Assembly (NCBI GenBank): GCA_002269645.1
Contig: NIVC01001186.1
Coordinates: forward strand, 185,293-249,292
Source: Macrostomum lignano
Taxonomy: Eukaryota
Direction: 5' to 3'
DNA length: 64,000 nt
Part shown: piece by piece, positions 56,901 through 64,000 of the stretch
How the letters are laid out: every line of letters starts with the position of its first letter
How positions within the stretch are numbered: the first letter of the stretch is position 1
The notes under the pieces: generated by a model
Database searches by the model: none
What the model was told of the DNA's origin: nothing
Seen by the model: only the letters and a program-made list of their open reading frames with translations
Program-made: the position numbers and the translations under genes

Positions 56901-59103
56901 GTAACACACCAAAGACAATGTCGGTAACACACCGAAGACAATGTCGGTAACACACCGAAGACAATGTCGGTAACACACCAAAGACAATGTCGGTAACACA
57001 CCAAAGACAATGTCGGTAACACACCGAAGACAGTGTCGGTAACACACCAAAGACAATGTCGGTAACACACCAAAGACAATGTCGGTAATACAGCAAAGAT
57101 AGTGTCGATAACATATCGAAGACAATTTCGGTAGCACACGGAAGACAGTGTCGGTAACACACCAAAGACAATGTCGGTAACACACCAAAGACAATGTCGG
57201 TAACACACCGAAGACAGTGTCGGTAACACACCAAAGACAATGTCGGTAACACACCAAAGACAATGTCGGTAATACAGCAAAGATAGTGTCGATAACATAT
57301 CGAAGACAATTTCGGTAGCACACGGAAGACAGTGTCGGTAACACACCAAAGACAATGTCGGTAACACACCAAAGACAATGTCGGTAACACACCGAAGACA
57401 GTGTCGGTAACACACCAAAGACAATTTCGGTAGCACACGGAAGACAATGTCGGTAACACACCAAAGACAATGTCGGTAATACAGCAAAGATAGTGTCGAT
57501 AACATATCGAAGACAATTTCGGTAGCACACGGAAGACAGTGTCGGTAACACACCAAAGACAATGTCGGTAACACACCAAAGACAATGTCGGTAACACACC
57601 GAAGACAGTGTCGGTAACACACCAAAGACAATGTCGGTAATACACCGAAGACACTGTCGGTAACACACCGAAGACACTGTCGGTAACACACCGAAGACAC
57701 TGTCGGTAACACACCGAAGACACTGTCGGTAACACACCAAAGACAATGTCGGTAACACACCGAAGACAGTGTCGGTAACACACCAAAGACAATGTCGGTA
57801 ACACACCAAAGACAATGTCGGTAACACACCAAAGACAATGTCGGTAATACAGCAAAGACAATGTCGGTAATACAGCAAAGACACTGTCGGTAACACACCG
57901 AAGACAATGTCGGTAACACACCGAAGACAATGTCGATAACACACCAACGACAATGTCGATAACACACCGAAGACAATGTCGATAACACACCAACGACAAT
58001 GTCGGTAACACACCGAGGACAATGTCGATAACACACCAACGACAATGTCGGTAACACACCGAGGACAATGTCGGTAGCACACGGAAGACAATGTCGGTAA
58101 CACACCGAAGACAATGTCGATAACACACCAACGACAATGTCGGTAACACACCGAGGACAATGTCGATAACACACCAACGACAATGTCGGTAACACACCGT
58201 AAACAGCAATTAGGAGAGCAGCAACTCACAAGGTGTCGGGCTCCGAGTCTTGGTCGTCCTTCTCGCTGCCAGTCGAAGACGACGGCGGCCGTTTCTCGCC
58301 TTCCTTTGGCGGATTCTTCATGAATTCGATGAGCGCCTTCTCGCTGTTGTCATCCTCAAAGTCCTGGATGAGCTTGCCTTTGCTGTAGAACTTGATAGTC
58401 GGATAGCCCTCGATTTTCTCTTTGGCGCACAGGTCTGGCGAGGTTTTGGTGGGCAGTGAGGGTGAGAGCGTAGAGTGGATAGATAGAGACGGAAGTGTAG
58501 AGTCGTGAGATTGTTAGAGTTGGTAGATAGAGACAGTAGATAGGTAGATATTAGCTTGTAGAAGCATGAGAGAGTAGATTGGGTAGATAGAGACGGCAGA
58601 TAAGTAGATAGTAGAAGCGTGAGAGAGTAGATTGGGTAGATAGAGACGGCAGATAGGTAGATAGTAGAAGCGTGAGAGAGTAGATTGGGTAGATAGAGAC
58701 GGTAAATAGAAGAAGTGTCAGAGAATAGAGTAGGAGTGAGAGAACGCACATGTCACTGCCCGAAGTCCAATGTACGGTAACTACCGATATGTAACGAAAA
58801 GAACTTATTAGCCAAAGCATGACACGGTAAATTACCCTGATTCTTCTTTTCATCGCAGTCGACCATGCCCATAACTTTGCCAGGCTCTTTGGTCACCTCC
58901 TTGGCTGCGTTATTGAACTTCGGCTTGGCCTCGACGCAGTGCGGGCACCAGGGCGCGTAGAACATCACCAGGGAGCCATCGTTGGTGTCGATAGTCTTGT
59001 GAAAGCTGGCCGCGTCGAGTTCAAGAGCCTCGGCGCTGACGGAATGCGCCAGAATGGGCAGCAGCAGCAGGATGGCTAGCAGTGACTGATTTTCCAACAG
59101 CAT
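53940..59103 (-). CDS. Protein disulfide isomerase, PDIA5(PDIR)-like, three CPHC thioredoxin domains + KDEL; exons 59103-58836, 58434-58230, 55730-55522, 55163-54726, 54100-53940; 426 aa
   Basis: Signal peptide, three FY(Y)APWCPHC motifs, each followed by (V/I)(D/N)C...N(Q/E)xLC..EK(I/V)EG(Y/F)PT, and C-terminal AAKDEL*. All four GT-AG junctions are in phase and the total of 1281 nt is divisible by 3. Confidence 0.92.
54137..54697. repeat. 24-bp minisatellite (tactcatctactctaatgagtgcc), about 23 copies, PDI intron 4
   Basis: Direct repetition. Confidence 0.95.
55200..55495. repeat. 27/30-bp minisatellite (cagtgtcggcagagatcaaagaa.../cagtgtcggtaaacatcaaagag...), PDI intron 3
   Basis: Direct repetition. 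Confidence 0.9.
55880..58200. repeat. 23-bp minisatellite (gacaatgtcggtaacacaccgaa), about 100 copies, PDI intron 2
   Basis: Direct repetition; accounts for the three 720-790 aa minus-strand ORFs. Confidence 0.97.
58540..58705. repeat. About 51-bp purine-rich tandem repeat, about 3 copies, PDI intron 1
   Basis: gagagagtagattgggtagatagagacggcagata(a/g)gtagatagtagaagcgt repeated. Confidence 0.8.
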
Positions 59104-59554
59104 ATTTAAATTCGATTTTGTTTAACTGCGATGGAACTTTACGAATAAGCTGGACAGCCAGTTAGAAAGCAGGTAGTTTGAGCAGATATTCAGCTCAGTA
59201 AAAATATTATTAACGCTTTATAGAGTGACGCGACATTCGAGTTGTGGTGACGTGGTTTAAATGGTGCTACCCCACTCCTCGGTTTAAACTCACTGCACAG
59301 GGGGCTACCAACCCCCCCCCCCCCCTGCACATCCAGCACAATAGACACGGTCTAATTGTTCTCACTGACTATTAGCAGTAGCCACAAGATGCCAAAATCC
59401 GACGACACACTTGGCTGCAGCTGATTGGCTGAGGAGAGGGGGGTCGCCGCCAACCCCCCTCTTTTATGGCCAAGGAGATCTTGAAAAATAGGCATCTAGT
59501 CTAGAGTTACTGATTCCAGATTTACGTAAGCTTTAAAGGGTAAAGCGCGGGGGG

Positions 59555-59709
59555 CATCACAAACCCGAAAAATCACAACTCCGAAAGTTCTAGCAATGTC
59601 CAACACTATTTTGGTTTTCGGGGTTATGACATTTCGGATTTGTGATTTTTCGGGTTTATGATGGGCGTTGCTAACACTTTCGGAGTTATGATATTTCGGG
59701 TTTGTGATG
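59555..59709. mobile_element. 155-bp foldback/MITE-like element with 34-bp inverted arms
   Basis: catcacaaacccgaaaaatcacaactccgaaagt (59555-59588) versus actttcggagttatgatatttcgggtttgtgatg (59676-59709): 2 mismatches; an extra arm copy lies internally near 59632-59662. Confidence 0.6.
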
Positions 59710-59734
59710 GCGACCCGGTAAAGTATCAGACACC

Positions 59735-59860
59735 GCGATCATCTTGTAAGCGCCATCTTGTAGGTGCCATCTTTTAGGTGCTATATTGTAGGCGCCATCT
59801 TGTGAGCGCCATCTTGTGGACACCATTTTGTAGGCGCCATCTTTTAGGCGCCATCAAGAG
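59735..59860. repeat. Degenerate 14-15 bp repeat (ggcgccatcttgta), about 7 copies
   Basis: Direct repetition. Confidence 0.75.
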
Positions 59861-60800
59861 GGGGCGCTATCTTAAAGGCAACGCCAGCAGCCAAAGCAGC
59901 TGTTAAAGAACTAAAGAAAAATCTTTAAAAAGCATCGTTCTGCACAGGCAAATATAAAAACATCACCTACAGTCTGACTCAAAGTACGCAAAAGTAAATT
60001 GTAATATTTTTCGCAGATAAATGCATAGGATCTGCGAGAATAGTGAGTTGTACACCCAACCAAGTCCAGAGCCCTAGAACACTGTATAAAACTCCTTGCG
60101 ACTTTATAAAATGGACACGAATGAGTGAATAAGAGCATAGTGAGTGCATGGCCACCATGAGCATGTTGCTCAGCTCATTCAGCTCGTGCAAGCTCAGGCG
60201 TGTATTAGAATAAGAATTACTATATAAAACGCCATCTATACAGTAATACCAGGTATGTCGTAGGTTATGCAGAGCCAGGCAGTAGTTGACTTGTGCTCAA
60301 AACGAGTGAGAGAAGGAAGGGGAGAGAGAGGTTGAATGCCACGTGGCTTCATTCTAGAGCCCAGCTTACATTTTCAGCTGTTCCAAAGCCGAGTAAGGGG
60401 AAGGACTCGGCAGTCAGTTGTAAGGGTTCAACGATCGCAACCCCCACTCGACGCCGATTTCAACTGGTGCGGCAGACGCGCTATGACTAAGCAGCAAGGA
60501 GAGTCTTGATAGATAGATTTTAAAAACAGCTGGAAACAGTTCGAGGCGGCAAGGAGGGGTTGGAACGGCAGGTCCACGGCAGCCCATGTGCTCATATCGT
60601 GCTCAACCGCTAGGAGCTGACTTTGAGCTGAACAAGAACCTTAAATCATGCAACTAGGCTTAGCATTCTGACTAATAATAATTTCAGATGCCCTGCAGAC
60701 AGACGAGATTCTGCCCGTCTTTTGGAGTCTGGCTCTCATGGCTGTGACTGCACACCAGCTCCAAAGTGAGTCAGATCTCTTGCGGAATCGAGCCCGTGAC

Positions 60801-61590
60801 CAGGCGCGTCGCCATGGATTTTATGGCAGTGGGGGAAAAGCCCAGAATTCTACGTGTACATGTACATAAATATGACTAAATTCCTACATGTACATTATTC
60901 TCAGAATCGGTGTTGTTAGCGATCATTTTAGCGCCATGGGCACTCATTTTAGCGCCACAAGCACTCTGGCGCCACAGGCACTCATTTTGGCGCCGCAGGC
61001 AATCATTTTGGCGCTGCAGGCACTCATTTTAGCGCCGCAGGCACTCATTTTGGCGCCACAAGCACTTATTTTAGCGCTGTAGGCACTTTTTTGCGCCGCA
61101 GGCACTCATTTTAGCGCCGCAGGCACTCATTTTAGCGCCGCAGACACTCATTTTAGCGCCGCAGACACTCATTTTAGCGCCGCAGGCACTCATTTTAGCG
61201 CCGCAGACACTCATTTTAGCGCCGCAGACACTCATTTTAGCGCCGCAGGCACTCATTTTAGCGCCGCAGGCACTCATTTTGGAGCCGCAGGCACTCATTT
61301 TAGCGCCACAGGCAGTCATTTTGGAGCCGCAGGCACTCATTCTAGCGCCACAGGCACTTATTTTGGCGCTGTAGGCACTTTTTTGGCGCCGTAGGCACTC
61401 ATTTTAGCGCCACAAGCATTCTCATTTCGGCGCTGCAGGCACTTTTTTTGCGCCGCAGGCGATGTCTTGTCGCCCTGAAGCAAAACTATTGATTTCCATA
61501 ACGAGTCACAAGGTGGGGTAGGGGGAAGATTCATTGGCATGTCTCCCATAGCTTTTACTGGGGAGAGAGACATGTCCCTACTGTCCCCGG
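60801..61590 (-). mobile_element. Minisatellite-containing TIR element, copy 2 (inverted relative to 19421); TIR CAGGCGCGTCGCCA at 60801, 21-bp array about 60915-61460
   Basis: Flanks match the reverse complement of copy 1 (e.g. gactaaattcctacat; cacaaggtggggtaggggg; cccatagcttttactggga). Confidence 0.7.
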
Positions 61591-62549
61591 CGGAGAATAA
61601 TCGAGACATTATACCAAATTAATTATTTCGTTTAACGGACATATGAGTATGTATAAGTAATTAAATAACTATATATTTTTGATAAGCCTTTGTCATAATG
61701 GTAGTACTAATAATAATAATAATAATAAATATACTACTCACGTTAAAACTCTGCTGCAGTTGCTGACGCAAAAAAGAATGCATGCTTTTATAGTACAGGA
61801 GAATGGACTGTACAAAGATTGAATTTTGTGTCGAATAAAAAGCAATAAAAGCAGAAAAAGCAAAGCGAACTCTTTTTCTATACAAAATTTATGCAATAGA
61901 AATAAAAACAGCAGGATGCGTTGATGTGTTGCATATTATTTGCAGAATAATAGTGTTTAAATAAATACGCCTGAATCGCACTACTGATATAAGCAGAGTA
62001 GGAGCATTGTTTTATTTTAAAACTGAATGAAAAAAATTAAATCAGTTTTTCTACAAATCGTTTGATTTTATACTCATAAAATTCTATACTTGCCTACTGC
62101 TAGTAGAGTAGGTTAAGGGAGTTTTTCATTCATTATTAAATTATTTAAAATAAAAAAATTAACTAAACAAGCCAGGCCTTGCTTTGATTTAAAAAAAAAA
62201 CAACGCGCACTCAATCAATGGAAATTATACTACTGATTAACTACAAAAGATAAGTAGTTAAGTAAATATATAAAAATAAATGGCAAAAATGTTTGTTTTA
62301 ATTGAAAAGATGAAAAAAGCATCGAAGAGAGCAAAAACACGATTAAGCAGCATGATTATAAAATACAGTTCAAACGCTTAAATAGTGCTATACAAATAAG
62401 TGCCTAATCATGTAAATACACTAATAAAAAGTCGAAATTATACTTTTTTAGTAACTATAGTTTTTTAACGACGCGTTAATAAAAACCAGCAGCTGCAGTT
62501 TTTGTTCGTTTGAAAATAATTATTAATAAAAATAACAAGAGCTACACGC

Positions 62550-63229
62550 CTACATGGCATGGTAGGGATATGATGGCGGATGCTGGGCAGGATGGTAGGG
62601 CTGCTGCAGATAGTCAGGATATTGCTGAGCATAGTCCGGCGGAGCACTAGCAGATGATGCTGAAGCCATCATCACTTGACGTTGCGACATCAGGTGCTGA
62701 TGCTGGTAGTGCTGGTACTGCTGCTGCTGATAGTAAACTGGCGGCTGCTGCTGATGCTGAGGGTACATCTGCGGGTACTGCTGCTGCTGGTAGGGTGGCC
62801 CGCCGGCAGCTGAGGATGTGGCAGCGGCTGCGGCTGCCGAAGCCGCTGCGGCGGCGGCCGCTGCTGCCGCAGGCTGCGCTGTCGCAGCTGATGAAGCCGT
62901 CGGAGCGGCAGCAGAAGCAGCAGCAGAAGCGGTGGCATTGGTACCACTACTACTACTAGTAGGCATGTACTGGATTGTGTTCGCACTGCGTGCGGAGATC
63001 TGCACACCGGCAGTTGATGTCGGATGCTGCGGGGGCGGCGGCTGCTGATGCTGATGATGATGATAATGATGATGAGGCGGCGGCTGAGGAGGCTGAGTTG
63101 ACTGCTGTTGCACCTGCATATGAGCCTGTGCGCCCATACCGTTAACTGTTTGATAATTCATTTGCTGGACATTCACTTGGGCATTAACGAATGTGTTGTT
63201 AACCACCATTGGCGGCTGCTGCTGAGGTG

Positions 63230-63260
<31 letters not shown>

Positions 63261-63668
63261 CTGTTGCTGCTGCGGAGGCTGGTGCACCACAGGCGGCTGG
63301 GCCATGCTGATAGACTGGAACGGACCGCCGCCCATTGGTACATCTTTGCTCAGCTTGGCTAGGCTGGCTAAGCTAGCCGAAGTGATGTTGCCTAAAGTGG
63401 AAGATCGAGACGAACAGTTTGTAGTCTGGTGCTGCTGCTGCTGCTGCGGGGGCGGCGGGTTCGGGTGATCGAAGGGCGGCATGGACTCGGCAGGCAGTTT
63501 GCAGGGCTCAGACACCACAGATGGCGGCTGCGGTGGCGGCTGCTCAACTGACTGCGGAGGCTGCTGTGGCACCTGCGGCTCCTTTTTGCGTCGCTTTGTC
63601 GTCTTGACAGCTGGCGGCGCTGCCGGAGGCGGAGGCGGCGGCGGGACGGGAGGAGGAAGCTGGGCAGC

Positions 63669-63699
<31 letters not shown>

Positions 63700-63998
63700 G
63701 GTGGTGGTGGCGGAGGGTTGTACATCATCATCATCGGCTCAGCATCATATTGAGCAGGTTGATGACCAGGCGGAGCCAGCATCCTCTGCTGATGGTGCTG
63801 ATACGGCTGGTGATAGCCTGGGTACATCTGCTGTGCATTGCTACCGCTGTTATTAGTCATATTATTATTATTACTATTGTTATTATAGGGCCGTTTAGCT
63901 GCCGCTGGCTGTTGCTTGTTGCTACCGGAAGAAGAGTTTGCTGTCGCGGCGGCTGCAGCGGCTGCAGCGGCTGCTGCTGCTGCTGCTGAATTAGGATG
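62550..63998 (-). CDS. Terminal exon of a Q/P/H/A-rich nuclear protein, BCL9/legless-like (5' end outside window)
   Basis: The frame stays open from the window edge (HPNSAAAA...) to TAG at 62550. It contains ITSASLASLAKL, PPMVVNNTFVNAQVNVQQMNYQ and VQISARSANTIQYMP, which resemble motifs I recall from invertebrate BCL9 homologues. Needs a database check. Confidence 0.55.
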
Positions 63999-64000
63999 CT

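Noticed and set aside
55846-58229. Three 720-790 aa Cys/Val-rich ORFs on the minus strand
   Set aside because: All three frames are open only because the 23-bp repeat lacks stops on that strand; the region is PDI intron 2 with clean GT-AG ends.

Overview
Animal (invertebrate) genomic DNA with GC-richer exons, GT-AG introns, and introns and spacers filled by about 20 different tandem repeats. The style resembles a free-living flatworm such as Macrostomum, but this is inference only and the species cannot be confirmed from the window. Genes, left to right: the 3' end of a p23-like acidic protein; POLR1D/RPAC2 (RNA Pol I/III subunit); a young BEL/Pao LTR retrotransposon inserted in a 37-bp satellite; an orphan two-exon gene; a 9.5-kb 42-bp satellite; a 15-exon MYCBPAP-like gene with three 36-nt micro-exons; three single-cysteine-cluster Toll-like receptors (A+, B-, C+); a three-domain CPHC PDIA5-like disulfide isomerase ending in KDEL; and the last exon of a BCL9/legless-like gene running off the window edge. 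The most interesting system is the TLR cluster. Each gene is one ectodomain+TM exon plus one TIR exon. A and B form a roughly 3-kb near-perfect inverted repeat, while B and C share a near-identical TIR exon and 3' flank despite very different ectodomains. Diagnostic sites show B's TIR exon is an A/C mosaic, which points to recombination or gene conversion mixing sensor and signalling modules.
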